A stretch of 62,081 nucleotides of DNA, filler included, from Sphacelaria rigidula (Eukaryota): assembly GCA_964200075.2 (NCBI GenBank). It is 6 parts of 6 records of this genome, joined end to end, with 100 filler letters (N's around TTAATTAATTAA, not from the genome) between each part and the next. Parts side by side here need not be neighbours in the genome. Positions count along the whole stretch, not along the records: positions 41,456 to 51,718 come from CAXNAA020006837.1; positions 51,819 to 62,081 come from CAXNAA020006838.1; 4 more parts are not named here. One strand, given 5' to 3'. The notes beneath the pieces were generated by a model that was given only the letters and a program-made list of their open reading frames with translations, was not told where the DNA came from and made no database searches. A program made the position numbers and the translations under genes. Below, one piece after another: positions 46,412 to 60,700 of the stretch (position 1 is its first letter; each line of letters begins with the position of its first letter).

Positions 46412-47803
46412 CTCCTTTTGACTTTAGTGCCTCGTGAAAATGACCACTTTGTAGCATGTACACTCTTTGCCGGTTTTTCCGGTCGACCCTTTGTTAGTGT
46501 AATTACTACGTTTTAGTATGAAATTGTGATATAAAAAAAAAACACAGCAAAACTCGGGAACGCCCTACTGTGTGCAAGTAATATCATGTAACCAAGTTCC
46601 GACTGCACTATACTTGGAAACCTGAAAAGGCTTATCTCGGCCAGGGATAGGGCCCCCACACGATCTTTGCTGTGGCATCACACTCGCCAACAATCCTCGC
46701 GCTGGCTGTTCGAGTCTGGTCGAAACATTTCGCCTCGCCGTGATTGGGCAGGTCGCTCGAAGACTTATTTTTAATTATTTCACTAGCACAGGGTCAGCCC
46801 TGTGTTAGTGGGGATCGGTCCCAAAAGGGTTAATTCGTATGAATTTGTTGGGATTCGTCGGTCGAAGTGCTGCAATCGTCATTCGGTGTTCGCGGACCCG
46901 AACTTGAGCTAGTTCTGACAAAAATGATGTCTACCCCCACATGTTCGATAGCGCAGATTCGACTTCCATCGTGCCTTTTTGTATCACCTGCGTTCAACAC
47001 CGCGGAAAGGATTTGTCGAGTATTCAAACGGCCATTTTTCTTTGAATGAGAAAAGATATAAGGGATGTGGGGTTATGTATCGGTAGGATTGAACAATTAT
47101 ACATATGGGCAGATTGGCGCTGTCGATACGGCGATACTGTTGCAACATGTCGTCGAGGTCGATGAATGTCGGACACTTTGCCTTCTGGCGCCGGGCTAGT
47201 GCCACAGGCATGAGGATTTCAGCCCGAGCCAATACAGCCCCCACTGGCTGATGAGGGGGGCTTGCTTGAAGCGCCGCCAGAGGTGGAAAAATACGCGATT
47301 TGGCTCCGTGGCCCTTCAAAATCAGGCCCACAATGCTCGAGAAATCGTCGTGCAGCAACCGCGCCAAATATCTACAACAATTCAGCCGGACCAATGAACT
47401 TTTGCGGCGTATCAAGGAAATCGTCCGTTTTGTTCAGTTATTATTATCCTATTTGTTAATAGCGTAATGTCGCCAGCTCCCACACTGCAAACGAGTACGA
47501 GGGTGTCCGGATTACCCATACTGTAGCCGAGTCACAAATGATCCTTATCGGAACAATATTTAGTACCAGACTCGGACCGAAGAGGAGAAAATTATCACTC
47601 TTCTCTATCGTCCCGCACAACCAGGCCGAAAGATGATCCGTGCCGAACGGTCAAGTTTCATGGATCCCCATGGAATTTGAAAACCCTGTGGTCTGCACAG
47701 CACCGAAACGACGAAATGCACCCGTGCACAGAAATCCAGCGTTTTACTGAGAGAGGAAGGATTGCCCCATGTGAACGACGGAGGTTTTTTTAAATCAAAT
47801 GTA

Positions 47804-47971
47804 CTGTACAAGAGTAGCACTATACTATAGCGTACAGCATGTACAATGTGTTAGCTCCTTCCACGAAATCGTGGTCTGCACAGCTGTACAAGAGTAGCAC
47901 AACACGATAGAGTACAGCATGTACTGTGTATTACCTCCTTCCATGGAATCGTGGTCTGCACAACTGTACAA
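47804..47971 (+). repeat. ~80-bp tandem repeat running into a 10-N gap
   Basis: CTGTACAAGAGTAGCAC...TACAGCATGTAC...CTCCTTCCA..AATCGTGGTCTGCACA occurs at least twice. Confidence 0.8.
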
Positions 47972-49550
47972 NNNNNNNNNNTCAGGGTACGGTACCTCCC
48001 TTGCAGGATTGGATGATCAGTGGTATGGCGAGAGCACTGAAGGACGAGAGCGTGTACAGTATCTCTACTATCTGTATGACAAACAAAACTGTAGCACAAA
48101 TTGCCGCATACAAAGCGAACTTAACCAGCTTGCTTGCCGCATACAAAGAGAGAGTCAGTCCAGTAGTTTCATAACTATTTTATACACGTTTTGACTATAA
48201 AATTGGACTGCGCCTCGAAGAGTACGCAATTGGATCGTTGCCGCCAAACATGGAGCAACTGCTATATGTACAGTCGCTCTTACGGCTTGCGGCTCTTGCA
48301 CTACAAAACAACAGTATTTGTATGTGCGGTCGCTCTTGTGGCTTGCATCGCTTGCGGCGGCAGCGACTCTCTGGACAAGCACAACAACGGTGAGCGGGCA
48401 TCACAACCGGTGATCAGTCATCGGCTCTTCAACTGCACGATAACAGTGCAGTCGCTGTTGTGGCTTGTGGCATAACCTCTCACGAAGCCGGTTGGCATGT
48501 TCTGCTCGCCTTTCTCAAAAATGAAAACGCCACATATATTTGAAAAGAGCACACCTGCTATTTATGCTCACGGCACCGACTGTAAAAGAGCACCAGCCAC
48601 AGCAGTTCTTTATTGCTCAGTCGCAATCGCTGTCGTCAACGTGCTGCACGTGCGGCATGACGACCGTACTGGGAGTTCACCCTCTTCACTGTACACGAGA
48701 ACGGTCTTGCACCTTGGAACTCTTTATTTGTAGTCTATTCAATAAAAATTCAGTTTTTGGTGATCGGCTATTGCATAATACCAAACGGTAGTTCGTATCA
48801 AACGGTAGTTCGTATCTGCAGTCGATCTTGTGGCTTGCGCCATCACCTCCCACTAAGTAGGTCGGCGTGTTCTGCTTGCCTCTCTCAACAATTAGAACAT
48901 CACATGGGTCGTAAAAAAAAACAGCTATATGTGCTCACCATACGGATTGTAAACGAGCACCTGCGATAGAGTACTCATCACGACACAGACTATGAAAAAG
49001 CACCAGCTAAGAGCACCAGCCACGCCGAACTCAACGTCGAGCGCGTGGTGTTTGCTGGAACAGACAACATGTCATGAAGCGTATTATGTGCTTCTGTTTG
49101 TTCTGAGAACCCTCGGGGTGTCACGAGGTCTGAGTTTGTTTATCTGCTGTCGCGGTAACATACAAACATTTCAGTCAAGCATAAAAATCGAATGAACTAA
49201 ATGCCGAGCAATACTATGAAATCAACAGAGTTGCGGAGCAACTGTGCTCCGTCACAGACCATCACGCACCCGTGGACAGATAGCACCCTGTGGTGCGCAC
49301 TGTGCAGGGTCTGTACAGGGTCCTCCACAGTCTTTGTGAAAAAACCCTGACAGTGAAAAGCCAAATATGTACCCCTCGTATCGTTTTGATGGGGTTCTCC
49401 CCAGGGTTGGATTTGCAGCCCTGTGTAGGCACGTCGGCAAAGCCCTGCACAGTCCTGTGGTAGTGTTTTGGTGAAAAATCCCTGACGTTTTTTTTTTTTT
49501 CAATTCCAAACATTTTGGTACAAAATCTGTAAATTTATACATTTTCAATA

Positions 49551-49788
49551 AATAGCTTGTCCTCCTGTCCGAGGTAAATTCCTCTTGACCCGACTTGAAT
49601 CGAGCGAAAAGGAATGTATTTTGGACAGGAGGACAAGCTATTCGAAACAGATCCTTTTTTCGCCCAATTTATTTCGGCAAGAAAAGGATTTATTTCGAAC
49701 AGCAGAAGAAGCTGTTCAAGATCGATCCTTTATTCGCCCATTTGAAATGGGCGGAAAAATGATCTATTTCGAACAGCTTCTTCTGCTG
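49551..49788. repeat. Two adjacent ~90-bp hairpins
   Basis: AATAGCTTGTCCTCCTGTCC pairs with GGACAGGAGGACAAGCTATT (49551-49642). CAGCAGAAGAAGCTGTTC pairs with GAACAGCTTCTTCTGCTG (about 49700-49788). Confidence 0.85.
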
Positions 49789-51718
49789 CGCAAATCCCAC
49801 GCACACTGGCAGATTCGGAATTTGAACAGCAGAAGAAGCTCGGAATAAATATTTACTTTTCCCTCTAATTCATCCAGAGATTTTGGGGAAAGAGATTTTA
49901 TTACGAGCAGCGTCAGCTGCTGGGCTAATCCCGCATACTGCATCGTCACCAGCGCATGGGATCCGACACGCAGAAAAAGTTGTTGAAAGGTATTCATCCT
50001 TTTGCTCCCCAGTCCGTATGTACATGGGCTGAAGGATGAATAGCTCTCAACAGCTTTCGCTGAATAAAGATCCCAGACGTTGGATACGTGTGTATGTCCA
50101 CACCTGTGCTTCGTCTGAAACCCCTGGGAAGGCGTGGAAAGATGCTAGACGGTCGGGTATACGTCGTCCATGTATGCACATTTGCCCCAAAACCCTGTAT
50201 TGCATCGTCCACCAACACGAACCATGTTTAGAAAATATCACTCGATCAATCCTACATTAACAATATATGTAGACCAACCATCATAACTCAAAGATATATC
50301 TATACTCCGTATATATATCACTGCACACAAATCGAACATCAATGAACGCACCCGCCCGCACAACAGTATTATTCCGCCCGGCTATATCACCACAACCCCG
50401 CAGCAAACAGCACGGGTTGGGCACAGGGATATAGACACATACACACTGCCGTGCGGGTGGATATGGTATATTTCCCGTTGATGGAAAACTTGAGTACCTT
50501 CTTTCATGGTCGCGACATCGCGCGGCGACGACATACGCGGGGTGCGTATATATAGGCGCGGGTGCGAGGAACAATAATCAATCGGCCGCCTATGTTATGC
50601 ATATACACACTCACCATCATATGTATGCTGCGGACGCACCGCGATAAAACATAGTGCAACATACAGGCCGCGGACGATATGCTGCTCGTTGTTCAAGTCC
50701 TTTTCACGTCGCACTGTAGGTGAAGAACATACGCATACATTGTCCTGCGCTGTCTGTACTGTACTTTTCCCCTTCCCTTTCACGCCCTACTTACTGTGCT
50801 GCAGCAGCTGTGCGCGCAAATATGATGTGGAACGCGCGCGTGAAAAACTGAAGTTCGTGACGGTATATAACACCCGCCCCATATATCAAAATATGCTGCA
50901 GGCATCTACATTGTACTTATAGCCAGCCATCTGTAGTACATGGCGCCGCACGTATAAACACGGCGGCATAGCGCACTGTCCCGCATGCAATGGTATTGTA
51001 CAGTCCAGTTCAGTATTGGTGTGAATATATATCCCGAGTACGCAGTATCAAACGCACGATGAGATGTTTCATTATCCCCTGTATATTGTTTTAGTTTCGT
51101 CGACGCGGGACTACGGGGTTTTCATCAGGTATATGCATCTATGACCGAGGTCAAATGCGATCCATTACCATGACGTCAGCTGGAACAAAAGCTTGCGTGC
51201 TGTATGTGGGACTTGAACAGCTGAAGCTGCTCGCGAGCAAGTTCTTTCTCCACCCAATTTTAGGTATTCTTGGTGGTGTACAAATTCCATCTGCTATATA
51301 CAGTGTATATGGAATTATCTATACAGCTGAAGCTCTTCGAAATGAATCATTTTCCCCCTATATTCCAAGTTTGGGATTAGGATTCATTTCGAACAGCAGC
51401 GGCTGTCCAAATTCCAGATTTCCATTGCACGTGTGCCTCTAAAATCTATTCGGGGGATTTCAGTGTTATTGACACGGACCTTCGAGGGCCCCGAAATTCA
51501 GAAGTACAAAAAATTAATTCAATCCTCATCGACTACCACGCGTAGCTCCGTGTGTAACCGGTTAACTATACGACATGAAGTCGAGGGTTTGATTCTCCGT
51601 CCAACCTAATCAGTTCCTTTTTCCGCCAGTACCTTGCGCCCGCAGCTGCATGTGGAGGGTAGTGTTTGTGCATAAACACACTGCACAGCATTGCCAGCAG
51701 CGATGAACTCTTCACGGG

Positions 51719-51818
51719 NNNNNNNNNNNNNNNNNNNNNNNNNNNNNNNNNNNNNNNNNNNNTTAATTAATTAANNNNNNNNNNNNNNNNNNNNNNNNNN
51801 NNNNNNNNNNNNNNNNNN
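51719..51818. other. Artificial contig linker
   Basis: N44-TTAATTAATTAA-N44. Confidence 0.98.
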
Positions 51819-52119
51819 GGGATGCGAGGTCAATGGTCTGATGACTATGGCATGCATGATCATAAGTACACCCCCCGCCCCTGCCCCCGCGAGAAAACGA
51901 TAGTTATACAAGGAGATAGGTGGTGGCCGTAGGCGGCGAAATAGGACGGGGATAAGATATGCAAAAGATTTCTGTGCAATGTATGGAAGAAACGTAATGA
52001 GCGCCCAAATGTTGGAGGTGTGCCTAGTAGGGGTAGGAATGGTGCTCCGTCTCGCAAGGGATGGGTGGTTAATGGTCAAACGACTAAGGCAAGCAACAAA
52101 TGAGTACACCCCCCCCCCC
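51819..52119 (-). repeat. G-tract/GTACTCAT repeat family, two modules (51819-51876, 52058-52119)
   Basis: Reverse complements of the modules at 2938-3085 and 62020-62081. Confidence 0.75.
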
Positions 52120-52407
52120 TATCGTAACATCACTCAGAAGTAGTTCACCACAAGACACACCTTCCGTCTTGAACCCTGGGTGTCAATTATGCTCACATGA
52201 GTGTGATTCCAAAGACGGAATATATCCTCAGGCATGAAAACTGCTTTACTCAGTCATGCCCTCCCGTACTGTACCTCCTAGCAACGTAGCATTCAGTGCT
52301 ACGCAGGGAGATACATGCGATCATACGGCCCGCATATTTTGCGGGATCACTTCTGGCGACACCGACGAAGACAGTATCCTGAGAAATATAGTTGACACTT
52401 TCTCCGA

Positions 52408-52622
52408 TAGCCCCCCCCAAAACCAGCCCAAAACTGTCACGAAGAAACTGATCATGCAATACCTGATGTTCGGTTTTTTGCTGAATGAAGCGCCTTATAT
52501 AGGCGGCATTAGCGGAAGCGAACCCAAGCGTGAGAATTTCCAGCTGCCCGTTATGCTCGGTTTTTTATTTCGATTTACGTGTATAGATTTTGCATCTCCA
52601 AACCAGCCACTTTTGGAGGGTG
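52408..52622 (+). mobile_element. ~215-bp dispersed MITE-like repeat
   Basis: Inverted copy at 61805-62030 (CCAGCCCAAAACTGTCACGAAGAAA...GATTTACGTGT...CCAAACCAGCCAC); fragment at about 35040-35105. Confidence 0.75.
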
Positions 52623-53330
52623 TACTCATGATGGAGGGGGGGGGGGCTATCGTAGAAAGTGTCAGTTGAACAATAAAATGAGCTTTGCTGCTGAAAATGA
52701 GCTTTGCTGCTGGGCGTTCGAGTGCGCAGAAAAAGGATTCAGGGAGAGGTCACACAATCATAGAAAATGTACATGCAGTACAATAGGTCGATCTTTTTTC
52801 TTAACCCTCTAGACTATGTTTCGTTCATCCTGCAGATCGAGGGCCCATCGACTTTCCGCAAACAGGGGTTGACTTCGAGTGCGTCGGTGGGGGTCTTGCA
52901 AGATTTCGCCTTGAACCGTACGCCTAACGGGATTGGGGGCATGACTATGGTTTCCGAAGAATCACCAAGGCCGGACGAAGATGGGTCGATTGGCTGGTGA
53001 GGAAAAGACACCGCAAACTGCCTTTCCGCCCGAATGGAAAAAAACTCGATAGTCCGAGTAATTAGTAGCTTCGCCCTCGGAGCGTTTGGGGGAAGATGGC
53101 GAGAAATGTACACGAACATCGGCTCGAATGACAAATATATATATATATATATTTCAATACACGGGCAACGTCTGATTTTGAAACAAAATTGTCGCGTAGG
53201 CCCATTAATAGGGTTCTTATTAACGGGGTTGTTTTTTTTCCCCAGGCTTTTCCGACTTATTCGGCAAAAAAGAATAAACTTCCTCCCCGAAAAATGTGAT
53301 AGCACATTTCTCAACCAGGCCAAGGAATCT

Positions 53331-53422
53331 GTTGTGTGTGTTGTCATCCCATCTATTCTGCACACCAGTCTACACCTTTTGATATATGTGGTCGCGTCAA
53401 CCGGGGTCACACAGGAGAAAGG
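53331..53422 (-). mobile_element. SINE 3' fragment
   Basis: GTGTGTGTTGTCATCCCATCTATTCTG...CCGGGGTCACACAGGAGAAAGG matches the SINE tail. Confidence 0.75.
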
Positions 53423-54750
53423 CCTACACACTTGATCGGTTGATTGATTGTCCCGAAGGCTTGGCTAGACCACCTCGCCGTAGTCATGGGGGGAAGGCGC
53501 CTCGAGCGGTGGCTCTAGGGAGTGTGGGGGATGCTCCCACAAAAACCCCTTATCAACATGGCGCAATACACGCGCCGCCCTGCCCTCAGGAGCTTCCGTC
53601 CAAGGGCGAGCTGCCTCGTGTGCACGCCGTGGCGCTCACGAGCGTTCGAGCGTCACCAGATCCCGAAAATTTCGGAGATGTCCGAAAAAAATGTGTCGAA
53701 AATAATGGACCTCAGGGTGTGAAATTGTTCCCGCGTTGGGGACTGTGTGGAGTGGGGGGGGAGGGGTTGTTGGTGAAAGCAGATGCTGTAGAAGTGTGGC
53801 ATGATGGGAGAATAGAGTTCATGCTATGGAGTACTGTAGCTCGAATGTTAACTTCACACCGCACGGGTTGATTGAATACTTGATCGGTTGATTGATTGTC
53901 ATTATCCACGTCAACTGATCCCCGAGGGCCCCAGCCGTGATTGGTCATTATCCACAAGATAGATTTTCCCAAGGTAAACAAACAAGGGTAGGTTGTGCCA
54001 TTCATGGCATTCGGTCAATTACGCCACTAGTAGTGTCTTGGCTTTACTAGCGTAAGGTCGTTCCTACAATTTAAGGGGTACAATACCTTTGCAGAACTTA
54101 TAAGGCACAGGAACCCCGTCGTAGTGTTTCTTCATTTCATCAACGCATGTTTTCCCCGGTAGCTACTCCTCTGGGCTCGCAAAAACAAACTGACTGGCGC
54201 TTGTTTCGCTGGATATTATTCGCAGCTGCTCGAATTGACTTCCGAAAAAACGTGCTCTGAAACGACCGCCATGGTCATCACTCCGCTACACGTGGTTCAT
54301 CCCATGCAGTCAGCTTCCAGCGGGGTTGCTTACCCACCCGCTGTTTATATTGAGGTATGCCTTCGATCACGCACCCGGCGCTATTCATTGCCGTTACACT
54401 CAGCTCTACGTTGGTCAGTCAGTCGACATCAACGAGCGCCTTGATCGCTAGGGTTCACGAAATGATCAAGACGGGAGAGCTTCGGCCGATTCCGCCCGAC
54501 CAGGTGCGTTCCTGAGAAACGTACCGTAGGTCCGCATATCTTGCCTCGCTCGGAGCTTTTGGCCCGATAGCGCATCAGGTCCGCCCTCCACTCAATTTTC
54601 TGCCTTCGGAGAATTCTCCTTGTGAATAAAGCAGCAAACGGCAAGCACCCCTGTCTCTTACTACAGTGGATCGAAAATCGTTTGCGTACGTATCATCATC
54701 CGTTTTGCAGTACGAAACTTGTCCATCTTTTTTCATCTGTGTTTTTCCAG

Positions 54751-57700
54751 ATATTTGCCTTCCATGCCGAGTACCAAGTAACGAGCAAGGCGGAGCGACG
54801 ACGCGCATGGGCCATCACGGAGTTCGGACACCCCCTCATCCCAGATGAAAACGAAGGTGACGACAGAGGCGATAACAACAGCGCCAACAGCGATGGTCAT
54901 GCTCCGAGAGCCCAAGATGAACCTGTCGGGGAGGCCCTCAGCTCTGTCGTCGGGACAGAGCCATCCTCATCTACTGCCATCAGCGGGAGGGGAACAGAAA
55001 CCGGCGACGACGACAGTATTTCGGCTATCACGATTGGTGACGTTGTCCAAGCAAACAACAATGCCGAGCGAAACCGGGAGAAGAGCGATCAGGTCCAACA
55101 GAACGAAGCTGAAGCAAATCAAGGTAGCGGAAGCTTCGGCGGCGGCGGCGGTGGTGTTGTTGCTGACGGTGAGGGCGACGGTGACGAGGAAGGTGGCAAC
55201 GGCAACATCAGCGGTGATGCGAAGAAGACACGCGGCTCGAGAGAGACCAGCCGCGCGGGGAAACCGAGGCACGACGAGGAGAGCGGTAAGATCGCTATCG
55301 CGTGTGTATCTGGCACTTCCCGTCCCGGCGGTCGAATCGCTACATCAAGGCCGGTGTGAGCTGATTTCCGTTGGGCTCGAATTCCGAGAGTATTGCGTCG
55401 GATTTTCTGTTTTCCGTGGCCCCGAAAGCGCGAGCACAGGAACTTTGGCAGAGTACTTAGTATGAAGACAGTTGAAGATATCCTGCAGGAGTGCTGGCTA
55501 GTCCGATGCTCGAGGTAATGAAACACGAGGCGGGTGCCCGGGGGAGGTGATCGCTGAGACTACGGAGTTTCCCCGAGGAGGGAGGGGGGAGATAGGGTGT
55601 TAAATGATTTGACGACAGGAACAACAAATTGCATGCGCCGAAGAGGAGCCAGTTCTGTTTGTGGGCACACCGAGTGCGATCTTGTCATTGAAGCACAGTA
55701 GCCGAGGTGCACCCGGGTGAGGTCATTGATTGGCCATGAGAGACATGCAGATATCCAAGGGATGTCGACCGGCCCATGCTCAACCATTTATACGTCGGAC
55801 GAGCACGAGTATGACTCGTGGCACTCGCGCTCGTTGGGCTGCTCGTTGGCCGTTTTTTAAAGTCCTCGAGCACTCGAGTCATGGCTTGTTGTGGAGAAAT
55901 TAGTAGGGCGAGTACTCGAGTCATGGCTTGTTGTGGAGAAATTAGTAGGGCGAGTACTCGAGTCATTGCTCGTTGTGAAAAAATCAGTAGGGCGAGTACT
56001 TGAATCATTGCTCGTTGTGAAAATATCAATAGGGCGAGTACTCGAGTCATTGCTTGTTGTGGAAATATCAATGGGGCGAGTACTCGGGTCATTGCTCGTT
56101 GTGTTTAAAACAACATAAACGAGTGCACTCGTTTCGACGAGTAATGACTCGTCCGACGTGTGGAACAGTTCCAAAACACAGAAATGTTCGCCAGTAAAGC
56201 TCTAAGAGGTTCGATGACATCATTCATACAAAGCAACAGCGCAATCCAGGAAATCTTATTACACGGTATGTTTTTCAAGTACGACTGAAAATTAAAACAA
56301 AATATTCCCCCCTCCCCCCCCTCTATTTTCCGTTGATGTCGTTGGAGACGTAGACACGACGGGTGCTGCCACAGCAGTGAGCTCGGAGGATACGGGGGCA
56401 GCGACAGATGCGTCACGGAAAAGGTTCGCACTTTCATACTATCTTACTCCAAGCGCCACATGCGTGATCATAATGGGAGCAACGTGCCACAACATGCCAT
56501 ATCTACGGCAATTTTTCTCCAAACCGAAGCACCTAACAAGACGTTTCTCTCGGTAACAGAGATATCATATCATCCTTCAAAACGCCATTTTTATTCGTGG
56601 TGTGTTCCTTCAATACCATCGAGATACTCGCGTCCGAACATGCATGTTTTCGGGCATCTACAGGCGACACAGGCCTCTCAGTCGGGACCGGTCGCGGCAT
56701 GTTGCTCCCCGTTTAACACCACTGGCTGTTGAAGTTTTGGGTGTCGTATCCCATGGTTAACCTATGGGTTCTCTTGATTGACTGCAACAACGTGTAAGAG
56801 TTCACCTGTAGCCCTGGAGAAGAGCCATCAACCGAATGCAAAAGTAGATGCGTTGCTGCCAATCCCCACCAACCACTGATCAAACACAAAGCATGGTGTG
56901 TGACCCCGTCCGATGACGGTACAAGGTGGCGCCGTTCCCGAATGGCCCACGCGAAGAATGATCTTACTCCGAACAATGATCCGACCATGTGATGAGCTGA
57001 ATCGGAGAGAGTCTTCCGGCCTCGGTCAAGTAGTGCGAATATCAACCGGAGAATCCCCTAATAGCGCCAACGTTGTTATATCCTTGAATGCAAACGAGGG
57101 TGGCGGCGGGGGGAGGGGGGAGGGGGGGGGAGACGTACTCATTTGTTTCTTGCCTCAGTCGTTTGACCAGTGACCACGCATCTCTTCCGAGACGGAGAAC
57201 CGGCCGGGGGCGGAGGACCCCAGGGGTTCGACAAGATGACAGAGAAAACAATAGATTTGCTCGAAATGGGGGGGGGAAAATAGCGCAGGGGAAGGTTCTT
57301 GTGCAGTTTGAGTATGTGTGCGTGTGCTGTCATCCCATCTTTTCAGTGTGCTTCGTAGAAAAGTCTATTTGCAATTCTCTTTTTTGAGAGTGTCATGTCT
57401 GTCGTCCTTACTCTAGTGACCTCAACAACCTTCTGCAGCCCCTTCCGACCCCCCCCCCTTGTCCACGCGCGCGCTTGGCAGTGACAGTGGCCCGAAGCAC
57501 GCTCTCGATTATTTTCTGCTGCCGTGGCTTAGTTTTTCCGCACACTCAACGCGTTCGTGTGCAGCGCGCCGTCAAGACAAGAAGAGGGGAGTCCAGCCGC
57601 GAAGGTTGTGGTCGTGAGCTCCAAGCCCAACTTCGGAGATAAGCAAAGACCGCTGTATCATCATTCCTTGCTGTGGCGAAAGGTCATCGGGAAACCGAAG

Positions 57701-60700
57701 GTACGGAAATGAATATAATATATTTTGTAGCTCGCTTGAATTGCTACCGAAATAAATCTACCCTAGCTAAGAATAGCGCTGTGCTGATCGACTGCACTAG
57801 ACAGGAGGTCCATCGAAATCATACTCCCGACCCGGGTCATTGGCGGGGGACTAGTTCGGCGTGTGTGGACGGGTGCTGGCCGTGCTCTCTTCTCTTTGTA
57901 ATAAGCAAATCAGGTGCCGATAGGACCGCTATCGAGGGGTGCATCAGTTTCCGCTAAATACCCATTTCTTGCTGGAGAAAACCCAAAATGGTGAGGCGAA
58001 GTGGGAAGTCCTACAATATCTGCTCTTGCACGGCGCTTGCGAGATGAACTTACTAAATCTGATAAGCATCGCATGTGAAATGAAGGCGCTGTTCGTGTTG
58101 CTATTTCATTCTGAATGCACAACAGTGTTTTTTTTTTATGTTCTACACCTACTGTTGTTACTCGCACGCCTTCAATAACATACGGCAGTACGTCCAGGAC
58201 TACAAGTTCGCCTTGAACAAGCTCTGCGAGCTACAGGTGCAGATGCTGCACCATTGGCTCACGGTCACCCAGGTGGGGGCAGTCGATGTAACCGGTACGT
58301 TGTATTATAGGAGTACCTACGGTACTCTCTCGAAGACGTTGAAGAAACTTGAAGCTACCTAGAAAGCACAAACCCCGTATCCAGGGCAACCGTAGGGCCT
58401 CTTTCAACAAGGTAAGATGAGGACTGGAACCCCCGGCTTGGCCAGCTACCGGCGGACGTGGACCCCAGACAATCTTCACCGGTCTCTATGCCTTGCCGAG
58501 TGAGACATACTGACTTCAGAGAATGACGCCAAACGGTTGTCTGTACCTGTAAAAGTTGGAGCTCGGAAATGGTTTGTCTAACCATTAACCAGATACATGG
58601 TTACGCCTAGGGCAGCCATTAAGCAATATAATGGAACATACTGGTTTGGTCATCGAGCGGAGCAGCCAAGAGCCAAAAAGCCCTCCCCCCCAGGCAGAGG
58701 GGAACCCGCCGGAGGCGCCGTGCCGGAGGCACGTTTTTACGCGATTTGACTTTACTAGAACTAAAAAATACACAAAATTCGGGCCAATTTTCAAGGGTTG
58801 AATGTAGCATACGTAGCGGGTGACTGCTCATAAAGCCGGTGACGGTAAATAAAAAATAGTTTGAAAACATTATTCAAATTTTTCATATAACCTTGACCAT
58901 TATTACCATTGTAACGATAATGACTAGTTATAACTGGTACCATTTCCGAGCACAAGCACAAGACCTTCTATGCTGCAGGAGAAGCTGCCACCCTGGCATG
59001 GCAACCCTCGTGGCCAACATCGACGTTCTCGGAACCGCCAATAGTGGTGTTCTTACGCCGCGGATTCGCCGAGAAAACGTTACTAAACCAGGCGCGAATG
59101 AAAGCCTATTAATACGTTGAATACATGTCCATGTGCTGATTTCACCTCGAGTGTCAGAGTTGATGTACAAGCCACGACACGTGACTCTCTATTTATTGGC
59201 TGAATCCTAGATACAGCGGCCGTATGTGCGCGATACGTACTGGTAGCGCAGCAGAGAAGATATATACGTTTTTGTCAAAGCATCACTATTCAACTAAGGT
59301 CCTCATGCACTGCTGCAACGCATCTGTTGTGTAGCACGGTATATATATATATACATACTTCATATGTATGTGCAGGATCAACTCAGTTTGTCTCGCCTGG
59401 TGCTCTTATGTAGGGGGGGAGGGGGGGAGGGGGTACTCATGACCATGCATGCCACAGTCATAAGACAGTTGACCTCGCATCCCTACAAAGCCGGGACGGA
59501 GCACGCCGGTTTTCCGCCCGACCAGGCTCGTAATCACCACGCGCGAAGCGCCGTGATGTGTTCGGCGAGTCGTATGAAGGGTGAGCTGCATCTTTGTACG
59601 ATTGTTCCGTCCGAAGCTTACTGATTATCTTGCATATGAATGAGGGCCTCCAAGAGTTTCTTCATTTCCTGGTATCGTCACTTCCCGAGGCGGCCATGGG
59701 TTACACACGACCTCATCGGTGTCTCACCTTATCTAAGGGGGGAGGGGGGCGGGGCCACTACGATCTGTTTGTCTTGGATGGAGCAGGTGATGACGATTGT
59801 CTGCCTTTTCCCAAGGTGCGACTTTCTGAGGGTCATCGTCGCGACCAAGCTGTTCGACCGCATCGTGGACATCGAAAACATAGACCTCCTTCTCCAAGAG
59901 TTTACACAGGTGAGAAAAAAAACAAAAAAAAAAGGCAGCAATCCACGGCAAGGGAGGATGATGTGTAAGTCTTGCCCTACGTATCGGTATGAGACTGACG
60001 TCTTCAAGGAATTGTTCTGTTTACACAGCTGAGCAGTTCTTACATTCCGCACGTTATCGTCTCCGGTGATCACCATAGCTTATCCTGCTCACGCAGATAA
60101 GCAGTTGCCTCAGTAGTACGATCCGCGGCGCTCACCACCCGTTCCGCGCCCCTGGGCTCACTCCAGCTTCATATCCATCGTTGAACGTGCCGTTTTCTTA
60201 CCGGACCGACGAACATATCCAGCACCATAGATTTCCACGTGGGTAGAGAGAGATATGGAGTGACTTTCGGCAATGTTGACCCAATACGCTGTGTGTTGCT
60301 CGGTGAAGTAGCTCAGTACTCCGTAGGGGGCGTATGCGGTGTTTCATTCGAATACCCTTCTGTACGCGGATGAGTGGTTCGTCGTCGTTCGCGGTGACCA
60401 TCCTGTGACGTTAAGCGAAATCAGCTTGCTCTTTCCCTCATGAGTGGAGTACCACTTGTGGATATGAAGAGGGCTGCAGTCATCTCCGATGTTTATTTTC
60501 ACTTCTTTCTTCCCAGAAACCCACATATGTGATTCACCTGCAAGCAATCTCTACCCTTTTTTTTTTTCATTTTCCGAGATTAGGGCAGGTTTCTCGTGGC
60601 GGTACCTGTTGTCTAAACCACCGACAACCGTTAGATTGGAACTTGTTCGTCACGTGGTTTTTTTTGTGCTCTCACAGGCTGAAGAGGACGAGTTTCTGTG

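Noticed and set aside
51535-51610. Degenerate tRNA-like or SINE head
   Set aside because: Boxes are too decayed (TAGCTCCGTGT, GGTTTGATTCT) and there is no second copy.
55867-56104. CRISPR-like array
   Set aside because: Units are contiguous tandem copies with no unique spacers, there are no cas genes, and the context is a eukaryotic intron.
55685-56174. Repetitive ORFs (MTRVLALLIS.., TTSNDSSTRP..)
   Set aside because: By-products of a 42-bp (multiple of 3) repeat inside a MITE.
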